A DNA stretch of 63,153 nt, the filler included, from Deltaproteobacteria bacterium (GTDB lineage Bacteria; JAEEML01): assembly GCA_016283195.1 (NCBI GenBank). It is 3 parts of 3 records of this genome, joined end to end, with 100 filler letters (N's around TTAATTAATTAA, not from the genome) between each part and the next. Parts side by side here need not be neighbours in the genome. Positions count along the whole stretch, not along the records: positions 1 to 31,650 come from JAEEML010000050.1; 2 more parts are not named here. The stretch is one strand, 5' to 3'. Position numbers and translations under genes: made by a program. The notes beneath the pieces are model-generated. The model saw only the letters and a program-made list of their open reading frames with translations, did not search any database and was not told the origin of the DNA. Each line of letters begins with the position of its first letter. Position 1 is the first letter of the stretch. Shown one piece after another: positions 1-9,287 of the stretch.

Positions 1-3000
1 GCTTAAAGCGCGGCAAGCACCATCAATGCAGGAGAGTTCATGCGGGCAATAAGAGCCGCCGTTTTCGCAAGAATCATCCCAAGAGCTCTCTTTACAAACG
101 CCGCCGATGCAAGTGAGGTCATGCGGGCAGTAAGAGCCGCCCTTTTCGCAAGCATTGTCACCATCTTTTAAAACACACTGTTTATCAAGGCAGGTGAGGC
201 TTTGCGGGCAGTAAGAGCCGCCGTTTTCGCAGAGCTCGTCATCGGCCGGGGTGAGGCAGACTCTATTGATGCAGCTTTCGCCGTGCGGGCAGTAAGAGCC
301 GCCATGTTCGCAGAGGTTATTGATATCATTTGTTGCGAGGCAAACTTTAAGCTGGCAGGCAAAGCCGTGCGGGCAATAAGTACCGCCGTTTTCGCAACGC
401 TCATTATCCGGCGGGTTAAAACAAGCGCCGTTGAGACAGGAAGCGCCGTGGGGGCAATAAGAGCCGGTGGCGCCGCACATCTCGGCTTTTTGCTCTTCTT
501 CGCACTGGCCGTTAACACAGGAGAGCTTATGTGGGCAGAGATATCCGCCTTGCCCGCAGCTTTCGCCGCTATTTTCCCGGCATTGATTTTGCCAGCAGGA
601 GTAGCCGTGTGGGCAATAAGAGCCGCCGTATTTACAGGCATCGTCATCGCTGATTTCCTGGCATTCGCCACTGGGTTTACAAGTCATGTCGTGTGGGCAA
701 TAAGAGCCGGTTAAGCCGCAGGCTTCATTAGCGGTATAATCAAGGCAGGCCGAAGAGAGAGTGCAGGCCATGCTGTGTGGGCAAAAGCCCTCGGCATCCG
801 CGCATTTGGGGAAAGTATCAAAAGAGCAGAGGCCGTTTAGTTCGTTATCACAAACAGCCGGGCGGTCGAGCCACTGGCAGGCGCCGTCCACACAAGCCAT
901 GCTGTGCGGGCAATATTTGCCGCCGTTTGCGCACATATCGCTATTTTTATTTAAACAGGCTTTATTAACGCAGCTCTCGCCGCTAAGGCACATAAAGCCG
1001 CTATTCTTTGAGCAGAGTTCACTGGCTGCCGGGTCGATACAAAAAGATTCAAAGCAGCTTTCGCGGTGCGGACAGCGGCCAAAGGGGTGAGCAGCGCTGC
1101 AACGCTCATTTTCTGGAATGGCGGCGCAGGTGCCGGCGGTAGTACATTCACCGTCGTGCGGGCAGTAGCCGCCACTGGCCGAGCAGGCCGGGGTTTTATT
1201 TTGGCAGCTACCCATAATGCAGGAGTAGCTGTTAACGCATTTGCCAAAGCCGTCGCTTCTTTGCCAGCAAGCTTCGCCGCCCGGGATACCCTGGCAAGAG
1301 CCCCCGATACAGGCCTGGCGCTCGGCGCAGTAAGTGCCAGAGCCGCTCCCGCACTTTTCATTAGCGGCTATTTCGCCGCAAGTGCCATTTGCTTTACAGG
1401 TGCGCCCTTTGTCCACCTCATTATCTTTCACCGCGCAGCTACCGTGTAATGTTTCTGCGTCACATTCCGGCTCTTCTGGGTCTTTAAAGCAAACGCCCTG
1501 GGCAGCGCAGACATAGCCGGAAGGACAGCGCCCCTCTTCCTCTATATTGGTGCCATACTGATTGGGACACATATCGGCGCCGGTGCAAATTTCTTTTCCG
1601 CTCACAGTGTGACAGGTGCCGGTGCCGGAACACTGGCCATCGCCGTCCGGGTCATAAGTGGCATCGCCTTGATTGCAGCGGAAAATACGGGCCACGGTGG
1701 AGCCGTAACCGGCGGCGAGTACGCCGTTTATGGTGCCGGCTTCTTTAATGGAAAAGACTAAAGTATCTTCGCTGCCATCAGAAATTTTGTTGCCGTTTTT
1801 ATATTTATCTTTAACAGTTACATTAAAGACAACATTCAAAGTGACAAAGGCCGGGTGGCTAAAGGGGCCCACGGTAATAGTGGTAATGCCGTTACTGGCC
1901 GTATTTATAGTATTTTGCGGCTGCGCCGAGAGGCCGATAACCTGAATGGAACCTTGTTCCACAGAGAGTCCGTCTGGGACATCAATAGTAATAACGGAGC
2001 CGGCCATGGGATCGGAGCGATTAATGGGGAAGAGGTGGCGGGCAGCAATAACCACTTTGGCTTTATCGAGGCGCGTAACGGCCGAGCCGGCGCTGTTTTG
2101 GGTAATAGAGAGAAGCGGCGGCTCCACGCTGGCCGAGATATTAGGAGTAGCCGGGAGCAAACTCGTGGTGTAATTTAGCCAGTTATCGTTGTGATTACTC
2201 ACCATCACGGCCACATTTTTATCGGCTATGACTTCGAGGTATGGACGCAAACTTGGTGTTTCATTAGCCTTATTAAGAGCGTTATAGCAATTGTTGCCCA
2301 TACGGAAATTGACAAAGCCATCTTTTTTAATGGTGTAACGGCGCAGCGTTTTATTATCGTCGGGAAATTCATTCTGGCAATCTGTGGGCATAGTGCCTTT
2401 AATATCGGTTGGCCTGATAGTCACCGTAGTATCATCATTCTCGGCAAAGATATAGAGATGGCTATAAGTACCTCCATTATTTGGAATATTGGTTCCATGG
2501 CCCGGCGGCGGCATGTAGGCCAAAAAGCGCACCTCTTTGGCAAATTCATCTTCAGTATTTTGCGCCGAAATGAAGCTGGCCATATCAGAAGTGCCAGCAG
2601 AACCAGTTTCCATCCAGTTGGCCTCGGTAAGAGCCACTTTTTTGCCAGCACTGGTTGTCAGGCGGAAGAGATGGTGCTTGGTCATGGCTTCGTTGGTTTC
2701 CGGATTACCTTTGCCAACGAGGTCAAGGCGTTCATTAGCCTGTAAAGTAACACAGGGGTTAGCGGCTGAGGCGCCATCCAGTATTCTTGGCACCCACTTT
2801 TGGGTACTTATATCAAAACCGGCCACACAAATTACATTATCATCATCAAAAGAGATAGCTCTAAGCTCGCGCTCGTTTACGCTGCCGTCGTTACCATAGG
2901 GAATACCAAAGTAAAAGAGACTACCAGAACTGGTTCCATTGGAAGAGGGAATCATACCACCACCATCGCGAGCCTTTTGGGTAGCATCAGCATGAACTTT

Positions 3001-4590
3001 TTGTAAAGCTCCGAATTGCACGGTTACCGGGTGAGTGGCTTCAAGATAATAACTGTGGCCCGGCTTTAAAAGGCCAATACCTTTATTTTGCCAGTTTGCC
3101 GGAGTGCTTTGCGCGGCAATGGTGCGGTTCCACACATTGAGGCTTTGGCCGGCATCGAGTTCAAAATGGTCAACTGTTTTGTTATCGGCAGTGAAGTTTA
3201 ATTTCCGGCGATTTTCCCAATCGGCTTCGGCAATAGCCGATTTACAAGTGTGTTTATTTTCACATAAACAGCCGGGGTTATTACTGGCACAAGTGCCTTC
3301 GTTTAAAGCTTCTTCATAAAGACCTATTTCATAAATAGTTAAAAATGTATCATCGCTATAGGCTACAACTTCAATATCGCGAGCGGTCATGGCATTACTG
3401 TTGCTGCTATTGGCTCCAGGAGTACCAAAAAGGTAAAAATTGTGGCCGATGGAGTTTTTGCCATCACTCACCGCGTAATCATGCTCATAATCGGAGCGGG
3501 AAGCAGTGGAAACAGTCACCGGAGAATCGGACTTTATTATAAAATAGTCACCGTCGCGTAAGGTATTTACCACCCCATTGCGCTCGTCATCATAGACATT
3601 TTTTAAGGCATTAGTGGTTAAAGCCGCTTCCAGAGCGCTTTTTTGGTCATCGTTAGGATCTAGTTCAGCAAATTTGGCACGTAAACTATTAGTATTTAAA
3701 GTACTTTGAGTGGCCAGAGTATTTAAATCTTTGCAGTCACCGCTGGTAATGCAGGGGTTACTGTCCAGCATCATTACGATAAAACTCTCACCCCGTTTCA
3801 GCTTTACATTAAAGAAGCTGTCGTCGATGTCCGGCGGGCGGCTGATGGTAAAAGAAATATTGCTGCCGTTTGTACCGCTGACATTCATGGTGGCTTCTTT
3901 AACGGATTTACTGTTGGTACTCTCGGCCACATTGCTGACAGTATATACTTTGTTATTATCGTTACCGAGGATTAATATGGCGCGTCCGCTGTCATCAGCT
4001 TTAAAAATGGCATTATTGGCAGTAATATTTTTACCGTCTATAGTAGCTTTTTGATTACGAACTATATGGCCGGCTCGCGCTTCCACCCAGGTTAAACCGC
4101 TGGCATTAGCGAGCGTCCCGGCTTCAATTTTATTTAATGTCACCGAGGTGGCAGAGTTGTATTTTCTAATAATAAAAACGCCGTTATTGCCACTCTGTGA
4201 GGATCCGCGAATCACGATATAGTGGCCGACATCGTTAGTGGTAAAGGTAGCGCTGGCCGCAGTAAAGGTGCAAATATTACCCGAGCAGGAAGTGAAGTTG
4301 CCATCAGTGCCTTTTTGCATGAGGCCATAGGGATCGCAATTGGAAGTAGTGCAGTAATCGGCCGGCATATCCCAAATATTGACCGTGGTTTCACCGTTTG
4401 TGCCAGGCCCTTTACCGGTGGCGGTGATAACCAGCATGGAATAGCGTTTGTTATCATCATTATTGGGCGGCACATAAGTCGTAAACCTGGTGGAAGACTC
4501 GCCAATGGCTCTGGCCGGTGAGGCAGCAAAAAGTGGCAGTAAAGCAGCTAATACGGCAAACTTTAAACATAAATTATGAATACGCGGCAT
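1..4590 (-). CDS. Giant secreted Cys-rich surface protein (>1530 aa, runs off the window); signal peptide, large non-repetitive N-terminal part, C-terminal CENGGSYCPH-type repeats
   Basis: GGAGG then ATG at 4590 (MPRIHNLCLKFAVLAALLPLFAASPARA). The same frame reads DDSCENGGSYCPHELSCIDGACRALS at the window edge. Absent from the ORF track, presumably because no stop lies in the window; the interior was not checked codon by codon. Confidence 0.8.
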   Translation of the reverse strand, partial: MPRIHNLCLKFAVLAALLPLFAASPARAIGESSTRFTTYVPPNNDDNKRYSMLVITATGKGPGTNGETTVNIWDMPADYCTTSNCDPYGLMQKGTDGNFTSCSGNICTFTAASATFTTNDVGHYIVIRGSSQSGNNGVFIIRKYNSATSVTLNKIEAGTLANASGLTWVEARAGHIVRNQKATIDGKNITANNAIFKADDSGRAILILGNDNNKVYTVSNVAESTNSKSVKEATMNVSGTNGSNISFTISRPPDIDDSFFNVKLKRGESFIVMMLDSNPCITSGDCKDLNTLATQSTLNTNSLRAKFAELDPNDDQKSALEAALTTNALKNVYDDERNGVVNTLRDGDYFIIKSDSPVTVSTASRSDYEHDYAVSDGKNSIGHNFYLFGTPGANSSNSNAMTARDIEVVAYSDDTFLTIYEIGLYEEALNEGTCASNNPGCLCENKHTCKSAIAEADWENRRKLNFTADNKTVDHFELDAGQSLNVWNRTIAAQSTPANWQNKGIGLLKPGHSYYLEATHPVTVQFGALQKVHADATQKARDGGGMIPSSNGTSSGSLFYFGIPYGNDGSVNERELRAISFDDDNVICVAGFDISTQKWVPRILDGASAANPCVTLQANERLDLVGKGNPETNEAMTKHHLFRLTTSAGKKVALTEANWMETGSAGTSDMASFISAQNTEDEFAKEVRFLAYMPPPGHGTNIPNNGGTYSHLYIFAENDDTTVTIRPTDIKGTMPTDCQNEFPDDNKTLRRYTIKKDGFVNFRMGNNCYNALNKANETPSLRPYLEVIADKNVAVMVSNHNDNWLNYTTSLLPATPNISASVEPPLLSITQNSAGSAVTRLDKAKVVIAARHLFPINRSDPMAGSVITIDVPDGLSVEQGSIQVIGLSAQPQNTINTASNGITTITVGPFSHPAFVTLNVVFNVTVKDKYKNGNKISDGSEDTLVFSIKEAGTINGVLAAGYGSTVARIFRCNQGDATYDPDGDGQCSGTGTCHTVSGKEICTGADMCPNQYGTNIEEEGRCPSGYVCAAQGVCFKDPEEPECDAETLHGSCAVKDNEVDKGRTCKANGTCGEIAANEKCGSGSGTYCAERQACIGGSCQGIPGGEACWQRSDGFGKCVNSYSCIMGSCQNKTPACSASGGYCPHDGECTTAGTCAAIPENERCSAAHPFGRCPHRESCFESFCIDPAASELCSKNSGFMCLSGESCVNKACLNKNSDMCANGGKYCPHSMACVDGACQWLDRPAVCDNELNGLCSFDTFPKCADAEGFCPHSMACTLSSACLDYTANEACGLTGSYCPHDMTCKPSGECQEISDDDACKYGGSYCPHGYSCWQNQCRENSGESCGQGGYLCPHKLSCVNGQCEEEQKAEMCGATGSYCPHGASCLNGACFNPPDNERCENGGTYCPHGFACQLKVCLATNDINNLCEHGGSYCPHGESCINRVCLTPADDELCENGGSYCPQSLTCLDKQCVLKDGDNACEKGGSYCPHDLTCIGGVCKESSWDDSCENGGSYCPHELSCIDGACRALS
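41..1180 (-). repeat. Intragenic coding repeat (TGCGGGCARTAAGAGCCGCC core), period about 78-84 nt
   Basis: Copies near 41, 122, 203, 284, 368, 449, 530, 608, 692, 776, more degenerate beyond; spacings are multiples of 3 and encode GGSYCPH. Confidence 0.85.
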
Positions 4591-4726
4591 GTGTGCCTCC
4601 TTGCTGCCGGAAAAGCAGCCTTTTTATTATATCATTACAGAGCGCCAAGTGCTAGTGTGGAGACGCGATATTATCGCCTCTTTGATTCCATATAATGGGC
4701 GAGAGCTTATGAAAATTGGTGAAACG

Positions 4727-6064
4727 ATGGAAAAAATAGTGGTAGTCGGCGGCGGATTAGCCGGTTCGGAAGCGGCGGCCATTTTGCTTAGAGCCGGCTA
4801 TGAAGTAACAATGATTGAGCAAAAGCCGGTGCATTTTAGCGGCGCTCACAAATTACCGGGGCTGGCCGAACTGGTGTGCTCAAACTCTCTAAGATCGGAT
4901 CGCGCGGCCAATGCCGTGGGGCTTTTAAAGGAGGAGCTGGAAAAACTGGGCTCGCTTTTAATGCGGGCAGCTAGGGCAACCGCTGTGCCGGCCGGCAGAG
5001 CTTTGGCGGTTGATCGCCATGCTTTTTCGGCAATGGTTACCGAAACGCTCCTAAAGCAGCCGAATTTTCATTTGGAGCGCCGCGAGGTAACGAATCTGCC
5101 TGAGGGGCCGGAGCCGGTTATTATTGCTACCGGCCCCCTTACTTCCGAGCCGCTTTTAAAAGCTATAGCCAAAGTTACCGGCGAAGAAGCTCTCTCTTTT
5201 TATGACGCTCTGGCGCCGATTGTTGATAATTCTTCGATAGATATGAGCAAATGCTTCCTTTTGAGTCGCTACGACGAGGGGGCTGATTATCTCAATTTTC
5301 CCATGAATAAAGAGGAGTTTTTGCACTTTTATGAGGTGCTTACCACGGCCGAAGTAGTGCCGCTCGCCCACGGTGACGGTCAGTTCTTTGAAGGCTGCCT
5401 GCCTATTGAAGAGATAGCGCGGCGCAGTATGCACGCTCTCCGCTTTGGCCCCTTAAAACCGGTGGGGCTGGAAGCCGGGCCTGACGGGCGGCGCCCTTAT
5501 GCCGTTTTGCAGCTGCGGCGCGAAGATAAAGCCGGGCAGAGCTGGAATATTGTTGGCTTTCAAACCCGCCTCAAGCAGCCGGAGCAAAAACGGGTTCTCG
5601 CCGCCGTACCCGGTTTGGAAAATGCCAAAATTCTGCGCTATGGAGCTATTCACCAAAATGCTTTTGTGGCTGCTCCTTTGGTTTTGGATAACACCATGGG
5701 CCTTATTAAAGCCCCTTGGATTCATATTGCCGGCCAGCTTTCCGGGGTGGAAGGTTATGTGGAAAGTATGGCCCACGGCCTTTTGACAGCTCTTCTGGTT
5801 ATTATTGCGCAGCGCGGACTTAATGTGCCGCCGCCGCCGCCAACTACCGCTCTTGGCGCTCTATTTAGTCATGTTACCGGCGCGGTGCGTCTTTCTAAAA
5901 AAATATATGAGCCGCATAATGTCCACTGGGGGCTTTTTCCGCCGCTAGAAGAGGCGTGCAATAAGGCTCAGCGCGGCGAAAAACGCTATGAACGCGGAGC
6001 TACCGATTTTGCCGCCTGGCAAAAACTGCTCAGCGAAAAGCTAAATTTAAGCGTTCTTGAATAA
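4727..6064 (+). CDS. trmFO: Methylenetetrahydrofolate-tRNA-(uracil-5)-methyltransferase TrmFO
   Basis: VVGGGLAGSEAA FAD motif, AELVCSNSL, FEGCLPIEE, LRFGPLKPVGL, AGQLSGVEGY; start 4727 or 4709. Confidence 0.95.
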   Translation: MEKIVVVGGGLAGSEAAAILLRAGYEVTMIEQKPVHFSGAHKLPGLAELVCSNSLRSDRAANAVGLLKEELEKLGSLLMRAARATAVPAGRALAVDRHAFSAMVTETLLKQPNFHLERREVTNLPEGPEPVIIATGPLTSEPLLKAIAKVTGEEALSFYDALAPIVDNSSIDMSKCFLLSRYDEGADYLNFPMNKEEFLHFYEVLTTAEVVPLAHGDGQFFEGCLPIEEIARRSMHALRFGPLKPVGLEAGPDGRRPYAVLQLRREDKAGQSWNIVGFQTRLKQPEQKRVLAAVPGLENAKILRYGAIHQNAFVAAPLVLDNTMGLIKAPWIHIAGQLSGVEGYVESMAHGLLTALLVIIAQRGLNVPPPPPTTALGALFSHVTGAVRLSKKIYEPHNVHWGLFPPLEEACNKAQRGEKRYERGATDFAAWQKLLSEKLNLSVLE

Positions 6065-6159
6065 TTCTTGTAGAAATATTGTTGACATAGATGGTGAGAG
6101 CTGCATTATTATCGGCTACATGGCTACCTAATTGAACTTGGGTAAGGGAGTAGGGGGTT

Positions 6160-6678
6160 ATGTCGTTTTCATTAGAAATCAGGGTGAAAAAAGATGATGA
6201 GATTTTGGCGCTTAGCGATTATCAAAAAGTAGCTAGTGCCGATGAGTTACTTGAGGCCGAGGGCTTTATTGTGCCGCTATTAAACGGTGAAGCTCTGCTT
6301 GATACCGATAGCGGCGAGTTTGAGGCCGATCCGCTTATCGGCCTTATAAATAACTGGATGCAAAAAATGCCTTGGCTTATTGGCGGCGACGAAGAGTGCG
6401 TTCCGTTGCGCAACAGCCCGTTTTGTTACGGTTTTGAGCCGGCCGGCGGCGCGGTGCGCTTTTATTTTTACGAGGGCACCGAAGGCGATGTGGAAAATCT
6501 TATTTTAGAGCCAGTTTCAGTCTCTTTGGCTGATCTTTGCAATGCCTCCCTTAATATGGCCAGTGCCATTGTCGATGCTACTGCCGATTCAGCCGGAGAG
6601 CCGGAGGAACTTAGCGAATTAAACGCTATTTTAAGCGAATTCAAAGAAGCCTGGGAACGCAAAAAACGCGAAAGATAA
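6160..6678 (+). CDS. Acidic hypothetical protein
   Basis: 172-aa ORF with purine-rich RBS, co-directional with neighbours. Confidence 0.75.
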   Translation: MSFSLEIRVKKDDEILALSDYQKVASADELLEAEGFIVPLLNGEALLDTDSGEFEADPLIGLINNWMQKMPWLIGGDEECVPLRNSPFCYGFEPAGGAVRFYFYEGTEGDVENLILEPVSVSLADLCNASLNMASAIVDATADSAGEPEELSELNAILSEFKEAWERKKRER

Positions 6679-6751
6679 CAGCTGGTTGCTGCCTTTTTGC
6701 AAACGTGTGACAATTCTTTGCAACTAACCTAATAAATTTTTACCTGGCCTG

Positions 6752-7792
6752 GTGGTAGCTATGTCAGCGGAATTTTCCCAATATGCTTTACATTCTGTTC
6801 CGGACTCTTTAAGCCTCCAATATCAATTGAAAAAAGAGGAGCCAGGCGGAGCTATTGTCGCCCAGGATAAATATGCCGGTAATAAAGAGGTGCTTATAGA
6901 GGCCTGGTCTTTGAGTAGCCGGCCGGATGTCCTGGCGATGATGGATTTTCAAAGCGCCATCTATGATTTAAAATTTAATCCTCTCCCCGGTGAGCCGGCT
7001 ATTGTGGAAATCAAAGATGATAGTTTTGCCCAGCCGCCGTTACTTTATACTATCCAAGAATATCATAGTGCTGAGCCGGCACTACGTAATGAGAGACTTA
7101 AGGCTCTTTTAGCGCAGCATTTGGGTCAGTGGCTGAGCGGAAAAGCGGCTGCTGAACCGCTCTCTGCCGCTTTGGCGACTGATATACCCGAAAGAGAGCC
7201 GCTTACTCTAAGCGCTTCTCTTGAACAAAATAGCGAGATATTGCCGGCTGTTACCTCGGCCGAGGAAACACCCAAGGATGATTGGCCGGCGGGGGAACCG
7301 GCCGCAGAAGAGCGGCCCTTGGCTGAGCGGGCCAAAGCGGCAGCCGATGCGCCCATGGTGGCGGTGATGGCCCGCCTGATGGCCGAAGCCAAAGAGGCGC
7401 TTAATGCCCCAAAAAAATCTGTGACTACTGGCCCTGATACGGAAGTTCCGGTCGAAATGTCGGCAGAAAAGCTAATGGAATTGCAGGATTTGGCCACCTC
7501 TTTTACCATTTGGGCCAACAATGTGGCTTCTGCCGAGGCAGCTGCCTGGGAAAAGCGTTTTAATGAGGCGCCATCATTTAATGAGCGGGCTGCTGTTTTG
7601 GAGGAGTGGAACGAGCGGCACTTAGAGAAGTTGGCTCAAGCAGAGGCCGCCGCGGAAGAGCGGGCCAATAGATACTCTAAGTATAGTCGTTATGGAAAAG
7701 GCGATAAAAGTTCACCGCTGGTTGGCATTATCGTAGGAGCTATCTGGCTTACTATGATGTTTATTCAATTATATATAGAAAAGTGTCATTGA
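6752..7792 (+). CDS. Hypothetical protein with C-terminal transmembrane helix
   Basis: 346-aa ORF, Ala/Glu-rich helical middle, hydrophobic tail PLVGIIVGAIWLTMMFIQLYI. Confidence 0.7.
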   Translation: MVAMSAEFSQYALHSVPDSLSLQYQLKKEEPGGAIVAQDKYAGNKEVLIEAWSLSSRPDVLAMMDFQSAIYDLKFNPLPGEPAIVEIKDDSFAQPPLLYTIQEYHSAEPALRNERLKALLAQHLGQWLSGKAAAEPLSAALATDIPEREPLTLSASLEQNSEILPAVTSAEETPKDDWPAGEPAAEERPLAERAKAAADAPMVAVMARLMAEAKEALNAPKKSVTTGPDTEVPVEMSAEKLMELQDLATSFTIWANNVASAEAAAWEKRFNEAPSFNERAAVLEEWNERHLEKLAQAEAAAEERANRYSKYSRYGKGDKSSPLVGIIVGAIWLTMMFIQLYIEKCH

Positions 7793-7852
7793 TTATATTA
7801 TATAGCTTCGGGTTTTTTAGCTGGCCACATATTCTGCTGGCGAGAATTTTTT

Positions 7853-9286
7853 ATGACGCAACATTATCAAATAGCTGTTATCGGTACCCAGGTGGCCGGA
7901 CTTTTGGCCGCCATAAAGCTGGCACTGGCCGGGCAGCGGGTTTTGGTAATCGATGATACGGCCGAGCCGGCCGGGACGATGCTCTCCGGCTATTGGTGTG
8001 AAGATGATTCGGCTTTTGCTGCTTTACCGAATGAGGCGGAATTAAAGCAGTTTTTTCGCACTCTATCTATAAATAACAGCGACGAAAAATCCGTTTTATG
8101 GCAACTTTTATTGCCGGAACGGCGTCTTGATATAGGTAAAGATTACATTGCCGAATTGCAGCGCGGTTTTGGGCCGGAAGAGGCCAAAACTATAGATGAA
8201 GAGGCTCTCTTTTTAAAAGAGCAGGCACCTATAGTAATAAAGACTCTTTTTCACGGAGAAAAGACTCTCTTCCCCAAAGGCCTGGTGGCAAGTTTGAAAT
8301 ATGGCTTTAAAAATAAGGAATTAGCTGCTTTGCCCCAGCTTAAACAGCGTGCGGAAATACCGCCTGAGTACGAGCTTTTAAAGCGCTTTTTGTTGGCTAA
8401 AAACAGCGGCGTGGCCGTTTGCGCTGCGGAGAATTTTCCTTTGGGCAGCATTTTGCCCCTCTCCTGGCCACTTTTTCCGGAAAATCACTATTCTTTTAAA
8501 GATGGGCGCTCTTTGCGCCAGGCTCTCTTAGAACATTTTAAAGAAGTGGGCGGAGAAATAAAAAAAGCTAAAGTAAAAGCTGTAAATAACAAAGGGCGTC
8601 TTTTGACTTCGCTGGTCTTTGACGGCAAAAATGAGGAGCTCTCCTTTGAGGTCGCCATTTTGGCCGCTCATGGCCACGATATGCATCGCTTTTTGGCCGG
8701 CACGGGAGGGCAAAAGAAATTAGCTAAAGAAGAGGCGCTTAAAAATCCCTCTTTTGCTCTATATAGGCGCCACTATTTGCTAAAAAACAGTGTGCGGCCG
8801 GAAGGCATGGCCGAGCGCGCAATATATTATTTTAGTACTCCGGAGGCGGCTATGGCTTTGCCTTTTATGGCCATAGAGCTGCGTCACCCGGCCAAGATTT
8901 TAAAGGATGAGCCGTTTTCTCTGGCGGCTCCCGATGAAAATGTACTTTTAATAACGGCTACTTTACTTACGACTTATGAGCTTTCTATGGGCGAGGAAGC
9001 GGTTTTAAGGCTGGATAAAGCAATTTTTCATGCCCTAGAAGAAACCATTCCATTTTTGAGTGATTTTTTGATAGATAGGGAAACCGGTGACCCACGGGTG
9101 CACTTTGCCCCTCGTTTTAGTATGGCGGGGGAGCTTAAAAGCGCGCTGGTCGGTTTACCTGTCGATACCCCTTTTCTCAATGCTTTTCGGGCCCAAAAGA
9201 GCGTTTTGCCCACGCTGGGAATTGAAGGGGAATGGCAATGCGCAAACATAGTAGTGTCGCGCGCACTACAATATTTCCGGAGGTAA
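7853..9286 (+). CDS. FAD/NAD(P)-binding oxidoreductase (phytoene desaturase-like, divergent)
   Basis: N-terminal Rossmann-like IAVIGTQVAGLLAAIKLALAGQRVLVID. Confidence 0.65.
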   Translation: MTQHYQIAVIGTQVAGLLAAIKLALAGQRVLVIDDTAEPAGTMLSGYWCEDDSAFAALPNEAELKQFFRTLSINNSDEKSVLWQLLLPERRLDIGKDYIAELQRGFGPEEAKTIDEEALFLKEQAPIVIKTLFHGEKTLFPKGLVASLKYGFKNKELAALPQLKQRAEIPPEYELLKRFLLAKNSGVAVCAAENFPLGSILPLSWPLFPENHYSFKDGRSLRQALLEHFKEVGGEIKKAKVKAVNNKGRLLTSLVFDGKNEELSFEVAILAAHGHDMHRFLAGTGGQKKLAKEEALKNPSFALYRRHYLLKNSVRPEGMAERAIYYFSTPEAAMALPFMAIELRHPAKILKDEPFSLAAPDENVLLITATLLTTYELSMGEEAVLRLDKAIFHALEETIPFLSDFLIDRETGDPRVHFAPRFSMAGELKSALVGLPVDTPFLNAFRAQKSVLPTLGIEGEWQCANIVVSRALQYFRR

Positions 9287-9287
9287 T

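Noticed and set aside
41-800. Regularly spaced ~25-nt repeats resembling a CRISPR array
   Set aside because: Spacing is always a multiple of 3, repeats vary at wobble positions and encode GGSYCPH in a long ORF; no cas genes in the window.
168-4529. Many short ORF-track entries on both strands
   Set aside because: Shadow frames of the giant minus-strand CDS; the same applies to short ORFs overlapping other long genes.
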